Below are positions 1 through 14,800 of a stretch of DNA of 64,000 nucleotides, in pieces (position 1 is the stretch's first letter; every line of letters begins with the position of its first letter). Where the stretch lies: the NCBI GenBank assembly GCA_000182565.2, contig KQ257470.1; one strand, written 5' to 3'. The position numbers were made by a program, and so were the translations under genes. Source of the stretch: Spizellomyces punctatus DAOM BR117. Lineage: Eukaryota. A model generated the notes under the pieces. It searched no databases. It worked only from the letters and a program-made list of their open reading frames with translations, and was not told the DNA's origin.

Positions 1-18
1 TACCTAACTTAATAGTCC

Positions 19-1819
<1,801 letters not shown>

Positions 1820-3171
1820 ATTTGTGTCCAGTTGTTGCCGTGTCCTGCAGTTGATGCAACGTGTGCACTTTTACCTATAAAGCGCTGCGTAAGTCAATAC
1901 TTGTGGACACTGGTCGATAAGCTTATTGGGGAACAAGTGCTCCGCAGGCTTCGAGAAGCGGAGCGAACGCAAGATAGATTACGTTAGCAAGAAATGAAAT
2001 CCACGCGCGTCCAACACGCGGATTCAATTTCGTGTTGTTTTCGAGCACAAATTGGACATTAAGTTGTTCTGCATTTAAGACCAAGCTAACAATAGGGGAG
2101 CCACGCTGTTGAGGAACGAGCTGGAAATTCTAGCCATGTGAGCTCATGCGGGGAAGTGTGCGGGGTGGGCAGGAGTTTGCATGTTGGTTATCCAAATGGT
2201 CAACACAAGAACAATCGCCAGTCATCAATGGCTATGCTGTACCCGGCGTGTGGGCGGTAGCATTTGCCAAAGGCGGAGAGGTCCCGGCAATATAACCAAC
2301 ATTGGTTACTCTTAGCTACCAAGATTGATGTACCAATCACGGGATAGTTTGGGGAAGTTCAACTCCTAAAAACTTGAGGTTTTGATCTGTAAGATGTAAA
2401 TGGAAGCGCTGGCTGACAACACCAGGGGTATATACATCTACAGCAGGAGCTGACGCATGGCCACCTAACAAACGTCACTATTGTTTCCATGTCGTTAGGG
2501 TCCTTTCCTTGCTACCCACTGATCGGCTTCAGAAAGGCAAAATTCGGTCTAATGCCTGCCTTGGAGTAGACCTTAGGTACGCATTACAGCTTTCATTGTA
2601 AGGTTCTATTGCCAGAGCAACTGGCTCAAGCTCGATTACTGCCCATTTGTTCTTGTTCACCATCGCTACAAGTAATTCTGTTGTGTTATGCTTGGGCATA
2701 ATGAGGGTAGCTTACATGCTAGCAAAAGTGTCCTCACATTTCATCAAGCTTTGCCTCCTAGCCCTCCGCGCTGCCCCTTTCCCTTTCAATTGACATCCAC
2801 AACGATCCAACATTTGCGAGCTGTGAATGTTGGTCAAGTGTATACTCAAAAGTTACCGTGAACTTTACAATCCAGTAAAGCAGGGAGTCCATGCTTTGTT
2901 TTTCTTTCGCTAAATCGCTGGCGTACAAATAGGTTATGGTCTGCGTAAACATCGCTGCTTTGTATTTTTGCTGCCATGCGGGTTTTGCAGTTACTGATGG
3001 ATGGGTATTTGTGCACTGGTCGGCAAAGAAGTCGGGATTCCGACACCGCATTCACTTTCGCCGCAAGTGTCCGGCATATAAAAAAAGGACTTGGTTGAGC
3101 ATGACTGTAGGCAATCAGACAACGCTTCGCAAGTTTACATACCTCATATAAATCCTGAGCAATTCCTCATT

Positions 3172-4649
3172 ATGGCCCCGCTCCACAACATCCTAACGAC
3201 TCTCTTGTTGGGTTCCATCTCGTTGGCCGCGGCGCTTCCAGCGAACATTACTACATCCGCCGTGAATCTTGAAGGTTCCTTTGTTAATGATATCGCAAAA
3301 TGCCCAAGGCTAACGAAGAGAACCAGTGTACCTACCAACGTAGCAGGTCAGTTACATTTGGTCTTTAACATTGAAAATGGATTTACAAATGCTCACATGT
3401 GATCCAGATGTTCGTCCGGATGATTTGAAAGTTGTCCTGGCTCTCGGTGATAGTATCACTGCCGCCTTCGCCGCAAAAGTAGGTTCATGATAGCATCTGT
3501 AGCGTACCAGAGCCTTGCATTAATCATGTGCAATGTTCCCTCAGGGCCACCAAATCACCAAGCCGTTTGAGCTTCTCGATGAGCACCGTGGCCTCTCCTT
3601 CGCAATGGGTGGGGACAAAGGAGCTGTTAGTTTGGCAAACTTCTTCAAGGCCTACGCTCCGGAAGTCAAGGGCCCCTCGACCGGCCAACATCTAGTGACG
3701 GTCTGCTACGGAGGTCTCTGTAATGGACTCAAATACTATCCTGAAGACGGCTTCAACGTCGCCCAAAGCGGAGCCATGGTGGAGAACCTGGACGCGGAAC
3801 TGGATCTTCTGATCACTCAGGTCAAAGCAAACAAGAACGTTGACATCCAAAATGACTGGAAGGTTCGTACATTACATAGCATTGGAAAGTGCGCCATTAG
3901 TCATCTAATTGTTCCATCAAATGCAGTTCTTGAACATCTTGATCGGAGCCAATGACATGTGCCAAGCATGTCCCGGGAGTCTCACCGGCGACAAATACGA
4001 GCAATCTATGCGAGCGATCATTGAGAAGCTTCGTGCCAACTTCCCACGTTTGGTAAGGCCCAGAAAAAGATTCCACTGCCTCTTTCCGTGCTTCTCAACA
4101 GTATTTTCAATTAGATTGTTCACATTCAAACCATCTTCAAAGTGTCCCAGGTGTGGGACATCACAAAGGACATTCCTTACTGCAAAACTATCCGTGCTTT
4201 CGGTCTCAGCATGGTATGCCCTTGCGGCTTCCTTGGTGGCGACACATTTATTGGCGTTGGAGGTCGCCAGATGATGGACAATGCTGCCGATACGTGGAAT
4301 GCGCGCTTGATGAAAATTGCAGCTGACTACAAGGGCAAGTACAATGACTTTGCTGTGGTTGTCGACCCTGCGACTGGAGGAACCCCGGTGGTAAGTCAAA
4401 TCTGAATGAATAAAGATACTTAAAGCGTACTAATGCCAGATGGCCTTTCCATTGCAGAAAAGTTTCGGTCAAGACTTTATTTCCAACATTGACTGTTTCC
4501 ATCCTTCTGTCAATGCCCATCAATTCATCGCCAAGTCGGTTTGGAACAACCTGTTTCTCCCCTCAAACAAGAAAGCCACCACCTATGACACCAAGCGCGA
4601 AACCAGCATCTACTGCCCGACAGAAGCAGACAGGATTCAAGTCTTGTAA
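3172..4649 (+). CDS. Secreted phospholipase B1-like SGNH/GDSL lipase
   Basis: Signal peptide, then VRPDDLKVVLALGDSITAAF, FNVAQSGA, ILIGANDMC and DCFHPS (catalytic D-x-x-H) across several GT-AG exons. Confidence 0.85.
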
Positions 4650-6047
4650 TGAGAGAATACTCCAAAATCTATGATTAGTGGCTGTCTCGAAATAGCTTTG
4701 TTTACCGTGCTTGTAGGACTTTAATATGTAGAAGCGCCGGTCGCTTAATAATGAACCGCTGTGAATTTTCCGCACGTTGAGCTTTTACTTGCTGTGAATG
4801 GGCGTGATTATCGAGTCAGTAATGGTAGCTCCAGAGCAAACAACTTTACGTCGACTTTTGCCATTGCAGATTTTGCATCCCTTCCCATCGGAAAAATATC
4901 TGGATATGTCAGAGGAAAGAGCAAAAAAGGACTACTCATATCTTGACGTATTCTGTGTCAACGGGAGTGATGTTGAATCCAGGTGATTTGGTTTTGGAGC
5001 AAGCGTCGGATAAAGTTCCGATCGGGTGACTAAGCGACTGGTACGTGGGCTGGCTGACGGACTTGACAAGCCCTGTACCATCCAAATCCCTGGCCAGCAC
5101 CGCCTTTCCATGTTATTGCCTCGACAGTCTTTTGCAAATAGTAGAGTTATGACCATACGTTATTAGTAGCATGAAATCATGGTGGCATTGTGTGATGTGA
5201 ATGGAGTTATTATAGATGAATCTAGTGAAAGTGCCTAGAACCAGAGATGCCTGACGATGCCAGTAAACCTGTGTGGAGAATAGGATGACGCTTCACCTAG
5301 CAGACTCATCATTCTCCACAATTCCCCTCCAAGTCTTACTGAGGCTGCCCTTGGCGCTCTCCCTCTTACATACAAGGGAAACCCTTGATGCCTGCAGGCC
5401 AATCCGGGGCCCGATTCAGGATGGTTCTCAGTAGTACTAACTCAGCTCATTAAGAGGAGAACGCTTTTACCTTTTTCTCCGGAATAACGTAAACTAAAAA
5501 GAGAGAAAATACTCATATTTGACGTACGATGTGTCAGGGGTGACTTTCCATGGCATTGAAATAGTCAGGTGTGAGCTCATCCAGTGCGAGCTCATCCATA
5601 CCGCAGCGCGGCAGTAGGAATGGCAGGGATGAGTTCACGCACACTGGCAGTGTGAGTATGGGAACGCAAGGGTTATGTTTCGGCGAGATCTGTCAGAGAG
5701 AAAGTTCTTTTTTCCTCCATCCATGGTGTTCACGATCTGTTAACTCGCACGAGACAGAGCAGGAAGACCATGGACTAGGGTTGGATGCTCGCCTGCGCCT
5801 GGCAAAGCAAGAAGGTTGTTGGGCTTGAAAGCACCGCCTCCACCACTATACTGAGACATCAGCAAGAGAATCAAACCTTCATCATCTCCTCTCCTCCTTG
5901 GTTTCACTGACAATTCAAGCTCACAGCCCTTTATAAAGAGTGCGCTGGACATTCAGCCCTCATAATCGGTCTCAGATATCACGTCCGCAGTGCTCGCCCA
6001 ACTTCCAGCCCATCGCCATCCAACAGGCTTTGCCGCATTTTTCAAAC

Positions 6048-7384
6048 ATGGGCAATTCATTTCCATTGGCAAAGATGCGCTGCCTGCCCATTCTTCTTGG
6101 AGCTTTTTGCATACTCTTTGCTCCTGTATACGGTCAGAACTCTTCAATTGCGGGACCTGGAAGGAACGCTACGGTCGCTGGTCCTGGGGACACCCTTCCT
6201 GACTTCTTCCCTGACGCGGACCACCTACAAAAACATTTGTATATTGACTATGTTGACGCTGCTGAAGACCCCTGCTTGATAAATGAAGGATGCTTGACGG
6301 GAAATGGTAAGTGTTACTTTTCTTTTATCATATGTATTGAAGCGCTCCTCATGTTTGCCTCATGCTCTGCCAGGAACACGGATGTTACTTCGATTTCCAA
6401 GTATGGTTCACAACAATGGCACTGCAGACGCCTTTCTTGGAAAACCACCTGCCGACAGAGACGATCCGAACAATCCCCCATATTGGTAAGACGGATCTCG
6501 TCGCATCCGTACGTTTAAGATTCTCACTACTGTCCATCGCCATTTGGCAATAGGCACTGGGATACATGTCATGAGTGAGCTGCCGTTCGCAATTGAGAAT
6601 CCAAGAATGATGACTGATCTATACTACCGTTACTATTTCTCTGTACAGACATTGGCATTTCACCGCGTACGCAAATTATCGCCTCCTCAGCGCAGATCGT
6701 TCCACCGTGATTCTGAACGGACACAAAAACGGATTTTGTCTCGAAGATGTTGGCTGCGATGAAGACGGTCTTGAACCGTTTTACAATTGCACAAATCAGG
6801 GAGTTACTATGGGATGCCATGATCTTTACGACGAGACGCTACCCTGCCAATGGATCGATAGTAAGTAATCAACATCCTTGAGCGTTATCTTGCCTGAAAT
6901 CAATTATTCTAATTGCATAATTGCACGGTCTATCTGTGAAGTTACTGATCTGCACCTTCAAGCTAACTATACTCCCGAGACGGAATATACTCTTGAGATT
7001 GTGATCAACGAGGAGGGATTCTTTCCCGAAATGTCCACAGCAAATAACGCCGCCTACTCTAGCGTCGTGATTGGGAATGTGCCACCATACACTGGTCCAT
7101 CGCTCGCGGAAGTTCAAGCACCCAACGGACCCGGTTCTCGTGGGAATAGAAGACCGAACAATAACGAATCCGAAGCTGGTAGCGGTGATGCTGCTGGCAC
7201 AGAAGACGGTAGAGGCAATTCTAACGGGATGCGAGGGGCGGGAAGTGGAGCTTCAGCCAGTAGGAACGCTGAATCGGTTACCGCTGCTGCAAGCGCCTCT
7301 ACCAGTGCGAGTGCCGCAAGTGCTACCAGTACCATGTCTCCAAGCCGAGTCCGTCATCGCCGCTGGTTGACAAAGTGGTGGTAA
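6048..7384 (+). CDS. Secreted lysyl oxidase (LOX) domain protein
   Basis: Signal peptide (start at 6048 or 6075). Spliced product has RMLLRFPSMVHNNGTADAF, WHWDTCHEHWH (Cu site), GHKNGFCLED (LTQ Lys) and GCHDLYDETLPCQWIDxTD (LTQ Tyr), followed by a Ser/Ala/Gly-rich tail. Confidence 0.9.
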
Positions 7385-7740
7385 GAAGGGACAGCTCTCT
7401 TTTATAGTGTTCACATCGTTCCAAAGAACCGTGCATGCAGCCTTCATGCATGTTTGGCAATACTATCGCTAGCAATCTCGTTTTCTGCGTCTTCACTTTG
7501 TTTGTAAATTCGAAAGTTGTCAATAAATTGTACATGTTTTTGGTGTAAGATGCGAGCATCCCTTCGCGTCTGTCAGATATGATCGAGGATCATTAAGGGT
7601 CCGGGCATTTGTCCATTCAGATTGCAGGAAATGTCGCCTAAACGACAAGCGTCCAGCCTCGTCGCTATTTTTTCTTTTCTACATAAACGTTAGCCTTTTC
7701 CGCTTATTCTGGCCAAAACCTTCTTTGTGATTCGAGCATC

Positions 7741-8320
7741 ATGTCAACAACCCAGGCACCTCCAGCAAATGCATCTGCAACGAATGCAGTCTTCCGCGAT
7801 GCCATTCATGCAGAGACGGTGCGAAAAGAGATGAAACGGTACAAAGTATACGAGAACTACATGCTCACGCCCAGTGTTGAGAAAGGTGAGATAGTAATAC
7901 TGGAGTTCAAGGGTGCGAAGTCATTAACTCAACCTCTACGGTCAAGGCCTCGTTGTGACAGAGAAACCAAACCGGGTGTCAATACAAAATATGGAGAAGA
8001 GCCTGGACTTGGATTCTGGAAAGAAACGTACGTAGATCGTGGACATTATGATTTGAAGGAAACGAAATTTACCATCGTTTGGTTTGACTCTTTGTCCTTA
8101 TGCGGGGGCGTTTGAACTGTCTACAGCTGGAATAACTATTGACCACGGCCAGACACTACCAAGAACTACCAACGAAACCTACGGCTGGGATACTGTTCCG
8201 CTGATGCGTAATACGGATAGACGATTCTATCACCCCAAAATCGAGACGGAGATTACAAAAATGTATGGAACCATTATCTCAAGCGGAGGATCGAAAGGAA
8301 AGGTGAAGGAGGCCCAGTGA
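7741..8320 (+). CDS. FAM183/CFAP144-like cilia/flagellum-associated protein
   Basis: Three exons. AIHAETVRKE, VTEKP and PRTTNETYGWDTVPL...DRRFYHPKIETEIT resemble the FAM183 family as recalled. Confidence 0.65.
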
Positions 8321-8700
8321 GACATTTCAGTAAAGACAAAGATTCTGTTGTAGGGAACAGTTTTAGAGATGCAGATATAGGTAGAGAGCTCGCAGTTTTT
8401 TAGGGTAATTATTAAGAACTAGCGTGTTTTGAGACGACGACTTGTAGAAACGAACAAGTCCACCAGTTGATGATAAATTCGATATTTTTGTTATAGAATC
8501 ACCGGCATGTCTTTTCCAGGATATTTAAAAGTTGATGAGCCTTAACGCACATCGGGGAATTTTGGCCATCGTTATTTCCCGTAAAACGTGTCAAGAAAGA
8601 TATTCTTAGATCTGGGGGGAGATTGAGGGTCTTTACCTGCTGCTATTAACGATCAGCATACATATCTTTGGCCTTCAGAAGTTATGATATTCCGGCCGAT

Positions 8701-11344
8701 ATGGGATGTGGCGCTTCATCTGAGAAGGGCCGTTCAAATACGGTTGTTCCAGCAACTGCCCCTAAGCTTGAAGACAAAGCATTCTCCGGCAATATTGGCC
8801 ATGCGGATCATTCTCGAGAAGTCCTTGCGAAAAATGAAGATGTAAAGCCTACCACTGTGGACCTGAAGCGAGATGTAACTTCCAGCGCACAAATTGATAA
8901 TGCACAGTCTGCCATCACGCCGGACGAAGCACCAGATGCGACCAAGGATACTGCGAGAGCTTCTTGTAATCAACTGCGACATAGCGATCAGTCTGTGAAT
9001 ACACCAGCACACGAGGGAGCCGTTTTCCCTTCGATTAGATTGTTTTTGACATCTGGCCCAGACTTGTATGTACGTATGTCCAGCACCTTTGTTGGCTGGT
9101 AGGCCTCCCAAAGACGTTTAATTCATATACTGACGTACGTAGGCTGAACGCGATGTCTTGGCAAGGGAGGTGTTTCCTGGTCTGGAGCGGGAGGTGCGCA
9201 AGAAAGGCCTGGATGCGTTCACCTTCATCGACTTTCGGTAAGCCTTGATGCGGTAATTCTGTTACCTGGGATTCAATGCTCATGGTGCTGGTTTGTAAAG
9301 GCAAGATCTGCCTCGGTATACCCCAACCGACTCCACAACGCTGCTTCACGCTTTGATGCACATAGAACACTGTCGGCCATATTATATTGGGATAATAGGC
9401 CATTCCTACGGTTGGATACCAGATATGAATGATCCAACCCACATTTCCTCGGCCACATTAGTCAAGTACCCCTGGCTAAGAAAATACGAAGGGGCTTCGA
9501 CAATGGAATTAGAGATGACATACGGCGCTTTGGATCGAGACTTGGTCGGAGATGACTTACAAGCACTTTTTTACATCAAGGCAGGAGAATCTGAGCAACA
9601 TCCGATGAGTGACAATGGCTCGGTTGTGTCGTTGCAAAATGCACAGGAGCAAACCCTAGAGAATGATCGCTTGGAACGATTGAAAGCGCGAATAAAAGCG
9701 GATGCGATAGCAAAAGTGCGAACGTTTGATTCCGCGGAACACCTCGTCGAGCTAATGAGAAAGGATTTGTTAGAATTAACCAGTTCAGCTACATATCTGG
9801 ATCCTCGACTGGCTCTTCAGCATTCATACGCCCTGGCAATGACAGGTTGTCTACCGTATCTACAGATATACTCCCAGCTGGACGAGTTAGTGGAAAGCGG
9901 TATGGGCGAGAACTCGAGCAAATGCCTGATGCTGACAGGACCACCTGGGAGAGGTGTTTCAAGTGTCCTTGCAAATTGGATTATACACCAGAAACAATTG
10001 TCGCAATCGACATCCCACCCGAGGAGGATCGTAATGCATTTTGCTGAATGCAACACAGAGTCCTCTGATCCAGTCAGCATGCTGATGAATATCATGCATG
10101 ACATATACCCTGTCGGCAGGGAACCGGCGTCCCTCCCAGCAACACCCCAGGGAATCTTTTCGGCGTTCCGCTCCATGCTCCAAACTGTTTCAGAACATCT
10201 CATTGTTGTTATATCCTCCCTTCACCTTTTGGAAAATATTTCCAATGCCCATCATTTGTCGTGGATCCCTGACAGCTTGCCACCGAACGTTACCCTCGTT
10301 TTATCTTCCGCCGCCGATAGTGCACCCGCTGTCGCTGCTCGAGCAAGAGGATGGAAGGAAATTTCTGTGAAGTCCCTGACGTGTGCAGAAAAGCAAGACT
10401 TGATCAGCAGTCTGGAGGACAGTAGTGGCGATGCCACCAAAACTCGTCTTTTAGAGGCGATAGCAAGAAATAAGCTAATTGACGATCCCCTGCTCATAAT
10501 CCTCCTCTGCTCACATTTCAACAACCTCCCGGGTGGCCTCTCGGCATCGCTCATACGCACATTTACGATGACCAATATTCACACCATATTGACAACAGTC
10601 TTGGTATCCCTCGAAAAGACTTTCGCCCATCATATCGATACTCTCCTAAACCCACCTACACGAATCCCGAATAATCATGCTTTCAAAGTCAACCTGCCAA
10701 CTCAGACGACGCCTCACCCTCTGGCAGCGACTCTTGCCCTCATCTACGCGACGCACACTGGGATTTACGAGGAAGAAATCCGCGGCATGCTTTGCATATC
10801 CCATCGAAGTTGGGCGGCTATCTTTAATGCCATTGGTCCACTTGTTGTCTCCTCTTCAGGGAGGGTGGTATTCATACATCCCGCAGTTCGAGCCGCCGTT
10901 GAAACACGATATGTGCCGACCAACAGATTGCGGAAAGGAGTATATACCTCTCTTGCAAGGTTTTTCTTTAAAAGAGGAGAATGGGATGTACGAGCAGTCA
11001 AGGAAGTTGCATGGGCGCTCGTACGTGGTGGAGAAGGTCAACATGTGAATTTATGTGGATGGCTCGTTAGGCCAGAAGTTGTCCGACTCTTATTGAGTAA
11101 AGGCGAGTCTGCAACAATGTTTCGGTTGTGGAATGCTGCTGGTGGAATCGGACTGGCTAAAAGACTGTACAGCCGCCTCATGGAGACAAAAGACATGGAT
11201 AAGGATGAAGTCGTTCGGATTTTGATGGATGGCAAGGAGCCTGATTTGTCGCTTTCCGACCATTCCTTCATCTCCACCGAGCTGTTTACAAGTGCAGATC
11301 AGCAACTAATCACACGGTATTTGACCGCATGTGAATCAGGTTGA
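8701..11344 (+). CDS. N-acylated DUF4062 plus NACHT/STAND-like P-loop protein (NPHP3/TEP1/NWD-like)
   Basis: MGCGASS N-terminus. IRLFLTS...ERDVLAREVFP...FIDFR and CRPYYIGIIGHSYGWIP...STMELEMTYG fit DUF4062. LMLTGPPGRGVSSVLANW is P-loop-like, followed by LSWIPDSLPPNV and FIHPAVRAAV. Confidence 0.7.
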
Positions 11345-11899
11345 TTCAATGCTGGCTTGTTTTATGGAGACATGGTGTACAACTGGGTAGAATATGAAAA
11401 CACCCTTTTTGAACTGCTCTGCTACAGTTTTTATTGATGGCATGAATAATAGCATGATAAAATGTGCAAAGCACGATAGAGTGACTACAGAATGCAGTTG
11501 GTCGCTCCCAGTGCGATATCCACTTACAGTCATAGTTGGCCCTTTATGATGCAGCAGAAGGATGGGCACTGACAATGGAAATATTTTCTTATAAAACGAA
11601 GGAATAATGATCATGTCTCATTCATCATGTGCGAACAAAGCAGTAATCATGCGCTGCAATACTCTTGATGACCAGAGATGCAGCCACCAGCTGAGATTGT
11701 CAATAAAATGTATAAATACTGTCTGTTTCAAAGTCTATTCCATGCATTAAATCATTGAAAGCATCAGCCCCTTCTCTAACAGCATAGTGTATACCCATCA
11801 CAGCGTAAAATATCGAGCTACCCAGTGCATATACAAATAAACAACCCCCAGTCCCTCCATTATCTACAAGCCCTTGCCGCAAACGTTAAAAAATCACGC

Positions 11900-14800
11900 T
11901 TACTTCTTCCCACCCCCATAGCCCTTAGCAGCAACTCTTGCCAAGGCACTAGCCAGCTTCCGCGGTGCCCTCCGAGATACTAAAGCGTACGGGTTAGCAA
12001 CTTGACTCGGGTCTAGTTCGATAACCTCATGTAGCTCATTCCCCTCGTCAGGACCCCCCGTGGAAAAGGATCGCACTGTTGGAATGCGGTGTTCAAGATC
12101 TGTGTGCTCGGTTAAGAAAATGTTGAGTTCCTGTGCGAGAGAGAAACTGAGTACAATGCTTATGAAAAATAATCCAAAAGTACTCGTTTGCTTACCTGCC
12201 ATCCACCACCTATCCGCACCATAACACTATTTCTGACTAAGCGACAGAAACATTGCCTCCGCAGCGTCTCCCCAAACCAGTATCGCCCAGGTTCATCTGC
12301 TCTCTCAACACGTATGGCAGACGGATGATGGTTGATGACATTTGCAAGAGCAACATCCAAAGGATTTCGAGGATCAGGCACGTAGTTGTTGGGGCTCGGC
12401 AAGTATATTCGCACTGGGCCACTAGCCGTTCTCACAGGAGGCGCCGGAGAGATCGGAGACGAACGTCCACCAGAAAGGGTTGTAGGAGTTGGAGACGGTG
12501 ATTTAGTTCCATGGGGTGAGAGTCGTAAACCTCCCGTCGGCGTAGCAGAACCGGAACGAATCGACCAACTTGGTGAGCGTGAGCGATTGGGCACAGGAAT
12601 CGAGCTCTTCTTCGGAGTGCGCTTTGCCAGAATTGGCCTCAACAAATCTTCTTTGACCTCGTTCTTCCAGGCACGAACCCCTTCCCATCGTGCCACTAAC
12701 TCGATATGCTTTGGCATTTCATTAACTGCTCGCGCTGCCGACTCGAGTCGTTCAAGAAGCAGGCGAACTCTTCCGTCAAAGGAACCAAAATGGGTTTCTA
12801 GATTGATAGCCATAGTTTCGCATTCAGCGTCGGTAGGTGCAACGATCTCCCCAGCTGGCAGTTTCACGCCTTCTGCCAATGCTAAAGCGGCGGCAGCCGC
12901 GGCCGCCGCTTTCTGCACAAACCCAGAGAACTCTGCATTTAGCATCTCAATCTCTTCAATAAGCCGTGCCACACGTCTTTCAAGCAACACAGGATCGGCA
13001 GAATTGTTTTGTGATTCAACATGCTCAAGTAAAACCCGAATCTGATCCTCCAAAGCTCGTTGTTTGGTCAAGAACCGCTTTCTTTCCTTTGCGTCTCGTG
13101 CTGCGCTGTCAGCGGTATCCCGAAGTTCGATGGCTCTGGGGAGTGCCTTGCCGTCCAGAACATCTTCCACGTCGCACAGTACTTCAGGCGTCAATGGTCC
13201 GAATTCCCCACTGAGGGTGGCCTTTGTCTCTTCCACCATCTGCCACACTTCCTCCACAGCCTCATTGAATTCAATCTCGCGCCGCCGATCAACAGATGAA
13301 CCACGCAGGTTGGCAACCGTCAGGATAAGGGCGTCCCACTCGGCCCTCACTCTTCCAATCCTTCGTTCAATCTCCTTCCGGGAGCCCTCCACCATATCAC
13401 TGCCTCCATAGGCAACCGGGACAGCCCCAAACTCATCCTTGGCCGTCTTTGCAACGTTCATAAATCCATTGACCGTACTCTCAAACACTTTCAATCGATC
13501 TTCCAGTTCCGTTACCTCCTCAAAAGTGGCAGCCAAACGTTGCTCCTCGTCACTCAGCTCGGTGGCGCCGTCGGATCCTCCTTCCGCCAGACTGCGTTGG
13601 GTTTGAGCAATATCGTCAGCTGCCACCTTTGCCGCAGCTATCCACGTCCTGACATTGGTCATAGCCTTATCCAGAGCAAGTAATCTCTTTGTATCTTCTA
13701 TACGAGCCTTTTCCGCTTTAACCAAGGTTTCCACGGTGACCAGACGGTCTCGCATCAATCTCAATTCATTTTCCGTCGCCTGTCCCACAAGTTGTTCCAC
13801 CGCCAAGCGATGCTGTCCCAATTCAACATCGATACCAGCGCTTAATTTGACCGCATCCAGCAGAATCTTTTGAACGTTAACAGTCTCATTCGGTTTGTCA
13901 TCCGCAGAGTGACTTCCGATCAATGCACGAGGTGGTAAAACTCCGCTCCGGTCACCCAGACGAGCACAGACTCTTTCACACCAACTCAGCACCTTATCCA
14001 TCTCTTCTTTGACTGTTTTCTTCTGTTTTTGGTCCGACATTTCTTGGGAATATTCAGTAACCGCGGCGGTCAATTTTACAATGGTCCCAGAAATCCCATC
14101 AGTGCGCTCTTTGAGATGTGATGCATTGATTTCCTCGGCAAATCCGACAACCTGAAGACTAACAAGCGATCGATGACGCCTCATAGAGCGATCCTTTGGC
14201 GATTCGGCAGCAACCGTTGAAGGAGGACGCGTATCCTTGTCCTGCTCAGTCATTTTGAAAAACATTGACATGGTCAGTTCCAAGGCACCCAACTTTGTTC
14301 GCATGTCCTCCAACTCGGCTTCATATTCGAGATTGCCCTGTCCTGGAACAAGGTTCGCTAGACGTTCAGCAACTGATGATGCTTCAAATTCCAGTCTTGC
14401 CAACATCGCATGCCAATGCTGATACTTTTTGGCACGCTCAATTCCGACTTTCTCCTCTGCAACAAGCCGGGTAGCCTCTCGCCACCGCTCTTGCAGTTGG
14501 TCTGTCCGCTGCTTAATGTCTTCTTTGATCCCAACCGCAATCTGGCCTCCTACTTCCTCACAGCTGCTCACAACTTGGGCACCCACTATCTGCAGTTCCT
14601 TGATGCGTTGAGTACCCTCATTCGCAAGTTGTGCTTCCAACCGCTCCTGGTTTTTGATCCAGTCATTCAAGTTATCCTTATCCGTCTCGTCGTCCCCTGT
14701 TATGACTAAATGACGCGAGAGTAACGGATTTGTTCCCAAGTCATCCGTAGACAGTAGAAGAGATTGTCGGCTGCCTGCCAGCGACCGGCTACCGGTATTC

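Noticed and set aside
11900-12202. 100-aa ORF that looks like a small secreted protein
   Set aside because: The hydrophobic start is intron sequence. The rest is the last exon of the GAR-domain gene (GGGWQ|ELNIFL).
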